DNA of 64,000 bases, taken from positions 1 through 64,000 of the IMG/VR virus record IMGVR_UViG_3300028533_000217; one strand, written 5' to 3'. The translations under genes and the position numbers were made by a program. Origin of the DNA: a virus (Duplodnaviria; Caudoviricetes). Each line of letters starts with the position of its first letter. The stretch's first letter is position 1. The notes beneath the pieces are model-generated. The model saw nothing but the letters and a program-made list of their open reading frames with translations, was not told the origin of the DNA and did not search any database. Positions 1-10,462 of the stretch are shown piece after piece.

Positions 1-72
1 ACCCTCTTCATACATACCTTCATTCAATATCATTTTTATAGCTTCTTGAAATTTTATATCTCCTATATTCAT
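1..72 (-). CDS. Hypothetical protein, N-terminal fragment (runs off window)
   Basis: GGAGG RBS, ATG at 72, frame open to window edge (MNIGDIKFQEAIKMILNEG...). Confidence 0.7.
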   Translation of the reverse strand, partial: MNIGDIKFQEAIKMILNEGMYEEG

Positions 73-121
73 ATTATTATCCTCCTATAAATTTGATATA
101 ATTTTGTTACACCGAATATAA

Positions 122-352
122 TTATTCAGCGTCATCTTCGTTATGACAATGTCCGCAACATTCATGTCCTTCTCCACAATGTCCACATCCACCACAACAA
201 TCTCCATCTACATCATGGTTGCAATTACATTTATGTTCTTGTGATTTTTCATTATTATTCATTCTGTCTGATAAAAAATTCATTAAAAATATACCTGCAG
301 CCGCTCCTGCACATAAACATAACATTTCTAATAATGGTTTTAACATAATCAA
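122..352 (-). CDS. Small membrane-anchored protein with Cys/His-rich (metal-binding-like) tail
   Basis: N-terminal hydrophobic helix; C-terminus HKCNCNH..CCGGCGHC..HECCGHCH; AAGGAG RBS. Confidence 0.75.
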   Translation of the reverse strand: MIMLKPLLEMLCLCAGAAAGIFLMNFLSDRMNNNEKSQEHKCNCNHDVDGDCCGGCGHCGEGHECCGHCHNEDDAE

Positions 353-429
353 CCACTCCTTTATTTTTTATTCTAAATATTTGTTAAATAAAAAATAAAA
401 AGTTAGTAGGAAAAATTATCCTACTAACT

Positions 430-960
430 TTAGTTATTACCAAATAAGTCAACTATTAATTTATCACCTATAACGTTAACAGGATTATTTAAAATTATAG
501 TTTTACCTGCTATAACATAATCCGATTGAGATAATCTACCTAATTCCGGGTGGAAAACTACAATAGTATAATCACCATCTTCAACTCCTGACGTAGATAA
601 GACAAATTCAACCTGATTAGGTTCTGTAGAGACTATAACTTCTTCCTTAACATCAACATGTGCCACTATAGTTTCTTCTGTAATTATTGGTTTTCTGAAA
701 CTTTGTAATAAATCAATCCATTCATCTGGTACTATTTGACCTACTGTAGTATTTTCTACTTCACATTTATAAATATGATGTGTTCCTCTCTCATCTTTTA
801 TGTAAATTTTATCATTTTTATGATATTCTTTATTCATATCATAATCTTCTACATTATCCAATCCTCCACGTATTACTAAGTCGAATAAAAAAGCTATTAG
901 ATTATCATGATCTATTTTTTTAAGATTCTCTTTAATATAATTTATACTCATTATCATCAC
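430..960 (-). CDS. Putative virion protein with CBM5/12-like module; paralog of 966..1787
   Basis: YDMNKEYHKNDKIY..HHIYKC..PDEW motif shared with the neighbouring ORF. Confidence 0.6.
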   Translation of the reverse strand: MMIMSINYIKENLKKIDHDNLIAFLFDLVIRGGLDNVEDYDMNKEYHKNDKIYIKDERGTHHIYKCEVENTTVGQIVPDEWIDLLQSFRKPIITEETIVAHVDVKEEVIVSTEPNQVEFVLSTSGVEDGDYTIVVFHPELGRLSQSDYVIAGKTIILNNPVNVIGDKLIVDLFGNN

Positions 961-965
961 CTTCC

Positions 966-1787
966 CTACTCTTTGGCTGAAAATAATAATTCATTATTTA
1001 CCATTTCAACTTTAAATTTTTTACCATTACCATCCAATAGTTTGAATTCAGTTACAGATACTTCCGAGTCTGTAACTTCATAATACAGTTCATCATCGAC
1101 CATATAAAATTTATAACTATTTCCGTTTACAATATCTTTAATATATGCAGCATTTTTAGAACTGTTATATGATGTTTCGAATATACAAATATCATCACCA
1201 ACAACACCAATTTCATATTTAATTCCATTGTTGTTTATTAGAACAAATCTATCAGTTACCCCTACAGTTTCTCTAACTTCTAATATTATTCTATCTCCAG
1301 GATTGAATGGTTTATTAAAAAATATTTGATTATTCTTTACAGTAAAGTCGTAATTATTAGCATAACGCTTTTTACCATGATAAATTATATATGTAGAATT
1401 TTCATATTTAGTTTCGAGGTTAGACGTAATTTGATATATTGTTTCTTCGGTTATAACATGAACCTCTTCTTTAATCTTAAAACTATTTACGGATCTTACC
1501 TCTTTATCATAAATATCCAATACATATTCCCATTCATTGAATAAAAACACATCAGAACTTCTATCAACAATACAACGATAAATGTTATGAATATTATTTT
1601 CTTGTAAATATACAATGTCGTTTTTATTATATATGTTACCAACTTGATACTGGTCTACATCTTGTAAATTATTTATGATTAAATCATACAGAAATCTCAA
1701 TAAATTATCGTTTTGTAATTTTTTCAAATTTGTCTGTATTAATTGTATATTCAAAAGAAAACACCTCCTTTTACAGTAATAATTCAT
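966..1787 (-). CDS. Putative virion protein with CBM5/12-like module
   Basis: YQVGNIYNKNDIVY..NIYRC..NEW; paralogous N-terminus; AACA-N6-TA promoter upstream; true start probably ~30 nt downstream of the ORF start. Confidence 0.6.
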   Translation of the reverse strand: MNYYCKRRCFLLNIQLIQTNLKKLQNDNLLRFLYDLIINNLQDVDQYQVGNIYNKNDIVYLQENNIHNIYRCIVDRSSDVFLFNEWEYVLDIYDKEVRSVNSFKIKEEVHVITEETIYQITSNLETKYENSTYIIYHGKKRYANNYDFTVKNNQIFFNKPFNPGDRIILEVRETVGVTDRFVLINNNGIKYEIGVVGDDICIFETSYNSSKNAAYIKDIVNGNSYKFYMVDDELYYEVTDSEVSVTEFKLLDGNGKKFKVEMVNNELLFSAKE

Positions 1788-1855
1788 CTATTAAGAAATT
1801 GTTTCCGATTAATAATTATGAATAATAATGAAAATAAAACATGAAGATAGAATCT

Positions 1856-2020
1856 TCATGTTTTATTTATTCTAATTGAAAGATGTGTTGAATTAGCATT
1901 CTTAACTAAATCACCGCAGAATGGGCATCCAACATTTAATTCAAAATTTTTATAATAAGAAGGTTTTACATTTAACAATATCTCATTAATTAATTCTTGT
2001 TTAAATTCTTTATTATCCAT
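1856..2020 (-). pseudogene. Truncated duplicate of the primase N-terminus (54 aa)
   Basis: MDNKEFKQELINEILLNVKPSYYKNFELNVGCPFCGDLVKNANSTHLSIRINKT*, nearly identical to the start of 3328..4347. Confidence 0.85.
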
Positions 2021-2175
2021 ATAATTACCTATTTTATTATTGTTAGAGAAAATATAGAATAATAGACTCAGTCTATTATTCTATATTTTGTATATATTAA
2101 AAATTATTGTAAACTAAGGTCTGTTAAATACGTGTTATGGAAAGAAGATGCGTAAGAACCACTTTCACTATTTTT
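1865..2175. repeat. Diverged direct duplicate of 4192..4503
   Basis: Colinear near-identity at ~2328 bp offset; includes primase 5' end, 41-bp palindrome and 3' end of the 571-aa gene. Confidence 0.9.
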
Positions 2176-2271
2176 CTGTATTTTCGTAAGATTAGCTATT
2201 ATCGAATCAACTTATTCACTTTGAGTTATAAATAATTAGTGAAGAGTGTTTGAACTCCTCCTTCTATATTC

Positions 2272-3201
2272 TTAATATGAAAATCCTTTAGGTATAGAAA
2301 CGAATGAAGTTTTATCAGTAGTATTATTTAATCCTAATTGTCCTTTACTATTTAAACCACAGGAATATATACTACCATCATTCTTTAATATAAATGTATG
2401 ACTACCACCACAAGCTATTTGATTTACATCGTTATTTATATTGGTAGTTACTTTAGTAAATGTAGTTCTAGTATCAGTATCATTTAATCCTAATTCTCCA
2501 TATTCATTATAACCACAAGACCATACACTACCATCGTTCTTTATTATAAATGTAAAACCAAAACCACAAGATATTTGTTTAACATCATTATTTATATTAG
2601 TAGTTACTTGTGTAAATATAGTTCTATTAGTAGTATTACCTAATCCTAATTCTCCATTAGTATTTAAACCACAAGCCCATAAACTACCATCATTTTTTAA
2701 TATAAATACATGGTCAGAACCACAAGATATTTGTTTAATATCTCCTATCTCTATCTGACTATCATCTAATAGTTGTATTAAATCATCTACTGACATTTCA
2801 CTAGTAGCTTCATTATAACCATCTTCTAACATCATATTGTATAATACTTCTTTAGCATCTGTTTCATTATCACTACTAGATCTTAATGCTAGTATAGCTT
2901 CACTCATAGCTTTAAATGTAGAGTTAGAGTTAATTAACTCATTGCCAATAGCCGATGCTATGAGTTGTTTACCGTTATTGGCACTTTGAAAAAGTTCATT
3001 TATAGCTCCTACTAATGATTTATCATTAGTTAATAGACTATCATCTGTTAAAGCTTCTTGTAGATCTTCTTTAGTAGTATAGTTACTTAGGTCTACATCT
3101 ACATTTCCTATAGCTTCTTGAAGATCATCTTGAAATACTATATCTTCTATTAGATTTTCATTTAATTCTTGTTTTGTTATTTTACCACGCATGTTTATCA
3201 C
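2272..3201 (-). CDS. Tail fibre/receptor-binding-like protein with RCC1 repeats
   Basis: N-terminal LVGAINELFQSANNGK motif; three ~52-aa RCC1 repeats (ISCG.H.FILKNDGS.W.CG.N..G.LGL). Confidence 0.8.
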   Translation of the reverse strand: MINMRGKITKQELNENLIEDIVFQDDLQEAIGNVDVDLSNYTTKEDLQEALTDDSLLTNDKSLVGAINELFQSANNGKQLIASAIGNELINSNSTFKAMSEAILALRSSSDNETDAKEVLYNMMLEDGYNEATSEMSVDDLIQLLDDSQIEIGDIKQISCGSDHVFILKNDGSLWACGLNTNGELGLGNTTNRTIFTQVTTNINNDVKQISCGFGFTFIIKNDGSVWSCGYNEYGELGLNDTDTRTTFTKVTTNINNDVNQIACGGSHTFILKNDGSIYSCGLNSKGQLGLNNTTDKTSFVSIPKGFSY

Positions 3202-3327
3202 TCCTTTTACAATAATTGATTTATAGAATTGTTTCCATATAACAATTTAGCAGAAAGACAATTAAATAAATATATGGTCTCGGAATCAAATTAAAAATAT
3301 TGATATAGATAGAATTGACTATCTATA

Positions 3328-4347
3328 TCAATATGTTTTTATTTCTTTTAATTTAATTTCTTTTACAGGCACTCCATAATCTTTACCTATATCATTATAA
3401 AATAATCTAATGTCGTTTACGAATGGACTTATTATCTCTATCATCTTTTTGTAATAATCAGGTGCTCTATCTGCATCAGAAAATATATTAACATTAACAT
3501 CACAGAGTAATCCTTGTTCTAATATATATTTTATCACATTTAAATATCCCGACCCGTTTATAGCCGCATATATCGTGTTATACTCATACTTATCCATTAA
3601 ATGATAATATATACCTAATATATCAAATACACCTTCTGCTATATTTATAGTTTTAATTTCATTATTAAACGGATCTATTTTATTAGGCATTATATAAAAT
3701 TTACCTGTCGTATCTAAATCCCTTTTTATTTTATAAATATAATATCTCTTATGATTTCCTGTCATATCTCTAAAGTTTATAAAATCATTTCTTGCTGATA
3801 AGAAACCAACGTGGTCAGTTTGTAATGCTTTAAGATGGTCAGCACTTCCATACAATTTATCTATATGATTATATTTTAATAATCCTAGAAAATCATAAAC
3901 TATTTTCTTTTTATGAAGTTCCTCAACATCAGCATTTATTCCTAATCTATTTTCAATATATTTATGTTTTTGTATAACTGAATCAGTTATCTTTAATTCG
4001 GGAAATCTAATATTCAATCCTTTCTTATTAAATGTTAATCCATGTTTCTTACAAGATAATCTATTGTATCTTTCTATATTAACAGAATTTGAATTTGAAT
4101 AAACACCTATCATTGTTAAAGTTGTTCCATTGAATATTCCTGTAGAATTACATCTAAGACATCTAAATACTAATGGATGGTCATCATCTGGATTTATTCT
4201 AATTGAAAGATGTGCTGAGTTAGCATTCTTAACAGAATCTCCACAGAATGGACATCTGACATTAAGTTCATAATTTTTATAATATGATGGTTTTATATTT
4301 AACAATATCTCATTAATTAATTCTTGTTTAAATTCTTTATTATCCAT
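3328..4347 (-). CDS. DNA primase (Zn finger + TOPRIM)
   Basis: CPFCGD..H..CLRC zinc finger; AEGVFD and FSDAD TOPRIM motifs; KDYG. Confidence 0.85.
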   Translation of the reverse strand: MDNKEFKQELINEILLNIKPSYYKNYELNVRCPFCGDSVKNANSAHLSIRINPDDDHPLVFRCLRCNSTGIFNGTTLTMIGVYSNSNSVNIERYNRLSCKKHGLTFNKKGLNIRFPELKITDSVIQKHKYIENRLGINADVEELHKKKIVYDFLGLLKYNHIDKLYGSADHLKALQTDHVGFLSARNDFINFRDMTGNHKRYYIYKIKRDLDTTGKFYIMPNKIDPFNNEIKTINIAEGVFDILGIYYHLMDKYEYNTIYAAINGSGYLNVIKYILEQGLLCDVNVNIFSDADRAPDYYKKMIEIISPFVNDIRLFYNDIGKDYGVPVKEIKLKEIKTY

Positions 4348-4431
4348 ATAAATCACCTCTTTTATTATTGTTAGAGAAAATATAGAATAATAGACTGAGT
4401 CTATTATTCTATATTTTGTATATATTAAAAA

Positions 4432-6223
4432 TTATTGTAAACTAAGGTCTGTTAAATACGCCCTATGGAAAGAAGATGCGTAAGAACCACTGTCACTATT
4501 TTTATTAGAAAGTAAGGCTATTCCTAAATAGTATTCTCCAGTTAAACCTGAAACATCAAAAGTTAGCGTTTTATTACCTGTAAAATCTTCACTTATCATA
4601 ACATATGTATAATCTTCTGCCAAATCAGTCATAGTCGATGTATAAATAGATCCATTGATTTCAGTATTTGAATTAAATGCTAAAAGATAGAACTCACCAC
4701 TAGAACGAGTACTTTCAATAACATTTATAGAAGCATTTATTTTGCTAAATGGTCCAAAATCAATAGGGCGAGGTAATGATGACCAAATCAGACTTTCAGA
4801 AGAATACGAAGAACATGTTGTACTCATTAAAATACCACTTGAAGTGCTGCTCATCGTGTTTTCATCATATCCAGTACCGATAGGGAATGATCCGTAGTCA
4901 GTATTTACATACGCAGCACCTAGCATTAAAACTAAAGATGACTGTGTCAGTTGACCCCATTGTCCTTCTTTATAAACATAAGAATTAACGTTATTATTGT
5001 TGTATGATATTCTATCTATATTATAAATAACATTTATGTTTCCAGATGTTACTGTATGTACACCTGAGAAAGGTGAATTAGCTTCACCTAAATAAACACA
5101 AACGTTGTTAGTAGTGTTTGTTAAATCGGAAGTTTTATTTGAAACTAATATATTGTCAACATCACCTGTAGTTATAACACATATTTGATTTTCTTTACCT
5201 ATAGCAGGTAATTCAGTAGCACTTATTATGTCTAAACCACTATTAGCATTTTTATTATCAAATTCTTCATCTACTTTACTTATTAAACTAGCCATACCAT
5301 CTTCTTCAGATACTTCTACACCTTCTCCTTCAAGTATAGAAGCAAGTGAATCTCTAAGAGTAGTATCTTCTTCTCCTACTCCTATTGCATAATAATCATA
5401 TGTACCATCAGCTAGTACTGGTAAATTGAAAAGTTTATTATTAGACGTAACTGATCTATCACATACAATTTCATATTTTTCACAATAATTACCTGAAGCA
5501 GGTGTTTTTGATGTAAAAATTTGTCCTTCGGATTGAAGGTATATTGTATTATAGTGTGCGTCACTAGTATAATATTTAACTACAATTAGTGCAGGCTCGA
5601 AATCTAAAGATATTGTTAAATAACGACCAAGACTAAGTGTTCCACCACCTCCAACTAATGTATAACTTTTACCATTTGTACTTGTAGTCGTAGTTTTTGC
5701 ACCAGTAACATACTGTATACCCTTACCTTCTCCATCTTCACTCATAGTAGCTATCTTATCTATAAGACTTTTAAATTTATCTCCTGCTTCTACAGCAATA
5801 CCATTATTCATCATATTAGTTTTAAATGTACTTAATAATCCTTTTATACCACTTCCCATAGCAGCAAACGTATCCTCTGCAGATAGAGGCTCGCCAATAG
5901 CGTCTGCTATGATTTCTTTACCGTTATTGGCACTTTGAAAAAGCTCATTTATAGCTCCTACTAATGATTTATCATCAGTTAATAAACTATCATCTGTTAA
6001 AGCTTCTTGAAGTTCTTCTTTAGTAGTATAGTTACTTAGATCTACATCTACATTTTCTATAGCTTCTTGAAGTTCTTCTTTAGTAGTATAGTTACTTAGA
6101 TCTACATCTTCCTTATTTAATTTATTTTTAACTTCATCAGATAACATATCCTCAGTTAAAACACCTTCAGGTATTTTGTTGAAAAAATTATTTTTTTAAA
6201 TCATTTGTCGATATTTTACCCAT
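4432..6223 (-). CDS. Tail fibre-like protein; true start at 6223 interrupted by a +1 frameshift in an A7 tract (open ORF 4432..6147)
   Basis: Shares N-terminal DLSNYTTKE/AINELFQSANNGK block with 2272..3201; GGAG RBS and ATG at 6223 give MGKISTNDLK, like paralog MRGKITKQEL; 60-bp internal repeat 6001..6109. Confidence 0.7.
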
Positions 6224-6282
6224 TTTATTTCAACTCCTTTAATTTAATTTAATTTTATTAAATTGTTTCGTTGAGATAAATC

Positions 6283-6503
6283 TGTAATTCTTAGGATTTT
6301 AATCCCATATTATAAAAGTGAAATAGAAGAAATATACAATAATTTGGAGATTTATAATATGAAATATTTTGAAATAAGAATAGAAAAAAGTTTAAATATT
6401 CGATACAAAAGAAGGATTTAAAATTAAGAATAAAAAATAAAAGAAAATTTAAAATAATAATTAGTATTAAAAATTATTTATAAAAAATGGAGGTATTGTT
6501 ATG
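6283..6503 (+). repeat. Degenerate, internally deleted copy of 6963..7287 (early promoter + DUF3977-like gene remnant + RBS)
   Basis: Shared AATCCCATATTATAAAAGTGAAATA and ..ATATTCGATACAAAAGAAGGATTTAAAATTAAGAAT..ATGGAGGTATTGTTATG blocks. Confidence 0.85.
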
Positions 6504-6920
6504 CTAAATATATATAATAAATACGGATTTGATCATTTTAAATTTGAAGAATATGAAGTGACTATAATGAAATACTCTAATTGTTTATGTAGAGTAAATG
6601 ATATAGATGTAATATATGTAAATAATGAATTTATGAAATTATCAGAAAATACTCAAAGCTTTATATTATATCATGAGTTAGGACATATACAATACGGTCA
6701 TAATAAAGTTGATTATGAAGAGAATGAAAAAATGAATCGTAAAAGAAAGTGGTTTTCAAAATTAGGATTAGTAGTAAAAGAAGAAATACAAGCCGATTTA
6801 TATGCTGTTAAGAGATTAGGTAAAGAAAAAGCATTAGAAGCAATAACTGATACGATAAAATTATTAAACACAAAAGAATTAAAAGTAAGAAAATTAATAA
6901 TAAAATTATTTGCTAAATAG
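6501..6920 (+). CDS. HExxH zinc metallopeptidase-like protein
   Basis: FILYHELGH and EEIQADLYA. Confidence 0.75.
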   Translation: MLNIYNKYGFDHFKFEEYEVTIMKYSNCLCRVNDIDVIYVNNEFMKLSENTQSFILYHELGHIQYGHNKVDYEENEKMNRKRKWFSKLGLVVKEEIQADLYAVKRLGKEKALEAITDTIKLLNTKELKVRKLIIKLFAK

Positions 6921-6929
6921 ATTTGTATG

Positions 6930-6963
6930 TTCCACGAATTACTATGAACCGTAATTCGTGGAA
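6930..6963 (+). terminator. Stem-loop / probable terminator
   Basis: TTCCACGAATTAC..GTAATTCGTGGAA inverted repeat after the stop codon. Confidence 0.6.
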
Positions 6964-7011
6964 TTTCAATCCCATATTATAAAAGTGAAATAAATAAAAT
7001 AAATAATAATT

Positions 7012-7266
7012 TTGGAGGGTTATATTGTGAAGTATTTTGAAATAGGAATAGGAAATAAATGGCTAGTTAGAACTGAAATAGAATTAACTGAAGATTATGA
7101 ATTTGAAGAAAAAGGGTTGTTAGGTGGATTATATTATATAAGTAGTTACTTTAGAATATGGATAGGAAAAAGAGTTTATATATTCGATACAAAAGAAGGA
7201 TTTAAAATTAAGAATAAAAATAAAAGAAAATTTAAAATAATATTTGGTGTTAAAAGTTATTTATAA
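7012..7266 (+). CDS. DUF3977-like small protein
   Basis: KYFEIGIGNKWLVRTE..YFRIWIGK..DTKEGFK recalled as DUF3977; likely GTG start at 7027. Confidence 0.65.
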   Translation: MEGYIVKYFEIGIGNKWLVRTEIELTEDYEFEEKGLLGGLYYISSYFRIWIGKRVYIFDTKEGFKIKNKNKRKFKIIFGVKSYL

Positions 7267-7284
7267 AAAAATGGAGGTATTGTT

Positions 7285-7815
7285 ATGTATAAAAATATAA
7301 TGAATTTAATGAATAGTTTAGAAGAAAGATATCATAAAGATATAACAGATAACACAATAGAAAATACTGAAAATGAATTTAATATATTATTAGCTATAGA
7401 TCCTATAACAATAGCATGCTCAGGTTTATCAATAGCTGCTGGTGGCGTATTACATTTTGAAAATGAAAAAGTTCCTGCAATAATGGTTGATCATATATAT
7501 TTAAATATGAATAAGTCAGATAAAAGTTTTATAATAGCTCACGAATTAGGACATCTTGTTTGTCAATTAGATAAATTTAAAGCTACTGGTTATACTAGAA
7601 ATATAGAAGATGAGTTCGAAGCTGATGAATATGCATTAAGACAAGTGGGATTTAAAACAACAATAAAAGCTTTAATTAATGTAACAGGAATATTAGCAAA
7701 TAACTATGCTTCAAAAGAACAACTAAATGAAATGAAACTAAGAATAAAAAATATAATAAATAAATCAATGATAACTTGGTTCAGCAAGTTATCATTTTCT
7801 ATGTTCCATAAATAA
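7285..7815 (+). CDS. HExxH zinc metallopeptidase-like protein, paralog of 6501..6920
   Basis: FIIAHELGH and EFEADEYA. Confidence 0.75.
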   Translation: MYKNIMNLMNSLEERYHKDITDNTIENTENEFNILLAIDPITIACSGLSIAAGGVLHFENEKVPAIMVDHIYLNMNKSDKSFIIAHELGHLVCQLDKFKATGYTRNIEDEFEADEYALRQVGFKTTIKALINVTGILANNYASKEQLNEMKLRIKNIINKSMITWFSKLSFSMFHK

Positions 7816-7834
7816 AAATACTGGGGGTTATTAT

Positions 7835-8026
7835 ATGAGTAAAGAATATATGAATTTAAATAAAGAATACAGAGAAATGTATGAATCAAGTATAACACAA
7901 ATGTTAATAAGTATATCTGAAGATACTAGATTTGAAGAACCAATAAGACATTTATGTAAAACTGCAGTGGAAAACAACTGGGATATATCTAAGAAAATAA
8001 ATATAATGAATATAATAACACAATAA
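7835..8026 (+). CDS. Hypothetical protein
   Basis: GGGGG RBS, 63-aa ORF. Confidence 0.65.
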   Translation: MSKEYMNLNKEYREMYESSITQMLISISEDTRFEEPIRHLCKTAVENNWDISKKINIMNIITQ

Positions 8027-8060
8027 AAATATAGAATACCTTAACGGTATTCTATATTTT
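8026..8060. terminator. Bidirectional terminator
   Basis: AAAATATAGAATACC-ttaac-GGTATTCTATATTTT between convergent genes. Confidence 0.8.
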
Positions 8061-9011
8061 TTATCTATAAAGATTTCTTAACATTTTTTCTCCACTTTTT
8101 TCTATTATCGATTCTAATTGGAATAATGTAAATATATTATTCCCTCCTCTTCTTACAGTATTCACCATGAATATAAAATATACCATAGATTCTAGACAGA
8201 ATGGAGCAGCTTCACCGTACATAGTCATATAATTATATAGATATGTTCTAACTTGTAATTTACCTTCAAACCCTAGTCCTAATCTATCACTCGCTAAAGC
8301 ATTTATGAATGTACTTAAATCTCCATAAGCATCTTCACCGACTATATTGTCAATTTCTCTTAAAGTATATGGAGAAACTCTATCTGCCACTTTAGAACTT
8401 ACATTGAATATATACTCTTCGTTATCTATTCCTAGTACATTTTTTAAATAAAATTTACTAGCTAAGAATAATACTTTACCTTCTCTCGTTCCATCAACAT
8501 GAATATTAAATACTTTGTTTATAGGTTTTATAAATATATTAGCATACATTAAAGCTCCCTGTTGTCTCATTAAAGTATCATTTTTTACACTATTATAGTT
8601 ATCTGCAAAATTTTTAGCTAAGTATGCACTTTCCATTAATGTATATAATAGTCCTCCTTGTATACTTAATAATCCGTCAGATCGCATATTACAGAATGGA
8701 TTTAAGAATACAATTACTTTATGACCCATTTGCCCTGGAACTAATATAAAAGGCATAACTTTAGATAATGGAACGTTATCCGCATAAACTAATTCTATTC
8801 TACCTTCTTTGTATTCTGTCATAACTCTTTGTTTTAATAATGATCGTTCGTAATTTTTAATATGAACAAATTGTTCTAATAAATCTTTTTCAGTTAATTT
8901 TCTACCTTTCATAACTGCTTCATTTATTCTACCAGTAAGTTGTGTTCCACCTAGGTTTTTAAATATAAACGTACTTGTAATTGGTTTATAGCCTGCCATA
9001 CTAATTTTCAA
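8061..9011 (-). CDS. Hypothetical jumbo-phage protein (late promoter; possibly virion)
   Basis: 316-aa ORF, AAGGAG RBS, AACA-N6-TA upstream. Confidence 0.75.
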   Translation of the reverse strand: MKISMAGYKPITSTFIFKNLGGTQLTGRINEAVMKGRKLTEKDLLEQFVHIKNYERSLLKQRVMTEYKEGRIELVYADNVPLSKVMPFILVPGQMGHKVIVFLNPFCNMRSDGLLSIQGGLLYTLMESAYLAKNFADNYNSVKNDTLMRQQGALMYANIFIKPINKVFNIHVDGTREGKVLFLASKFYLKNVLGIDNEEYIFNVSSKVADRVSPYTLREIDNIVGEDAYGDLSTFINALASDRLGLGFEGKLQVRTYLYNYMTMYGEAAPFCLESMVYFIFMVNTVRRGGNNIFTLFQLESIIEKSGEKMLRNLYR

Positions 9012-9348
9012 CTCCTTATTAAAAGATTCTTTTCTCTATTAAAGAATTGTTTTAATAGAGAAAAAATATTGATAACCCTAATAAAGGATTATCAATATTT
9101 ATGTATTAAGGTAATATATTGAGTCAAATAACAACAAATTGTTCATTGAAAATGAACGTAGCTCCCCAACCGTATTCTAAATAATAACAACTTATTACTC
9201 TCCACTCACCCTTTTAGAGGGTTCGTTTTGTAATTAATGCTTTGCATTAATAAGTTGTTGTGTTGTTGAAATTTTATAATTTTTTGTCTAAAATGCTAGC
9301 ATATGAAACAATAATTATTATAAAGGAACATAGAAAAAATATACTAGC

Positions 9349-10434
9349 CTAAGCTAGTATATTTATATATCCTAAATTATGAAACATAGTTAATAAACTA
9401 TTCCATAATTCAGATTTTTCTTTTTCTAATTCTTTTTCATTTTCAGGATATTTAAATCCAAAATCATGATGTCTTTTCTTTAATTTATCAAACATTTTCT
9501 TTGTTTCTTTATGTCCTATCTTACGTCCAAATTCTTTTATGTTATTATCAATATCTGTATATTCTTTATAATTGTCTGTGGTTTTTAAGGTTATATCCTT
9601 ATTGGCTTTTTGTAAAATATTACATATATAAGCTATATGACCAAATATATCTTTATATTTATATAATGATTTATTTCCATTGTTGAACTTCATTATTATA
9701 TCAGAAACTATCAAAGATATATCTATCAATATATCTTTGTCTAATTGACGTATAACATAAAGCTGATTACATTGTTCATTTAAACTTGTATTAAGGAAAT
9801 ATTGCGTTAATATAAAGTTAGTTATAAATCCTGAATAAAATGATTGGTCTATAGAGGCTAAAGAACTATCTAACATTGTTATTAATCGTATTGTAAATTC
9901 TGAAATTGTTTCTTGTAAATAATCTTCTTCTATTGCATATTTTCCGTCATTAAAATTTTCTTCAGAAATATTAAATGATGGATATTTTAATGAATTAACA
10001 AATTTTATATCTGTTTGCTTAGATGAATCTTCTGTATAGATTTCTGTTATCGTAAGGGTGTAATCTTTACTTTTATTAGATCTATTATAATCGTGTACTG
10101 TTGCTTTAAATTTCATTATATGTCCGTCAAAATATAATTTACTATACCATTCTTTTGGTACGTCTATGTGAAGATGATCATACATGAATTTATTTTGAGA
10201 ATGTAAATTTGTAAATGTTACGGGTATACAACCTTTAAATGCTTTTTCACCAAATTGACCAACACAATATGCTGAATATTCATACTCTTCATTTCCGGCA
10301 TCGAATCTTTCTTTTAAGTTGTATCTTTGATTGAAATGATTTGTTATGTTTATAGAATTATCAATTGTACCATGGTCACCTATGATCTGTGATCCATTAT
10401 TATCATTCATATTAATATTTGACATAAATATCAC
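9349..10434 (-). CDS. Hypothetical protein with a possible N-terminal OB-fold
   Basis: 361-aa ORF with RBS; DHLHIDV..GHIMKFKATVHDY resembles an OB-fold strand pattern. Confidence 0.7.
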   Translation of the reverse strand: MIFMSNINMNDNNGSQIIGDHGTIDNSINITNHFNQRYNLKERFDAGNEEYEYSAYCVGQFGEKAFKGCIPVTFTNLHSQNKFMYDHLHIDVPKEWYSKLYFDGHIMKFKATVHDYNRSNKSKDYTLTITEIYTEDSSKQTDIKFVNSLKYPSFNISEENFNDGKYAIEEDYLQETISEFTIRLITMLDSSLASIDQSFYSGFITNFILTQYFLNTSLNEQCNQLYVIRQLDKDILIDISLIVSDIIMKFNNGNKSLYKYKDIFGHIAYICNILQKANKDITLKTTDNYKEYTDIDNNIKEFGRKIGHKETKKMFDKLKKRHHDFGFKYPENEKELEKEKSELWNSLLTMFHNLGYINILA

Positions 10435-10462
10435 TCTCCTATATTTTTAATAAATAAAAATA

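Noticed and set aside
1865-4503. Diversity-generating retroelement TR/VR pair
   Set aside because: Differences between the copies are not adenine-specific and no RT is present; ordinary duplication explains it.
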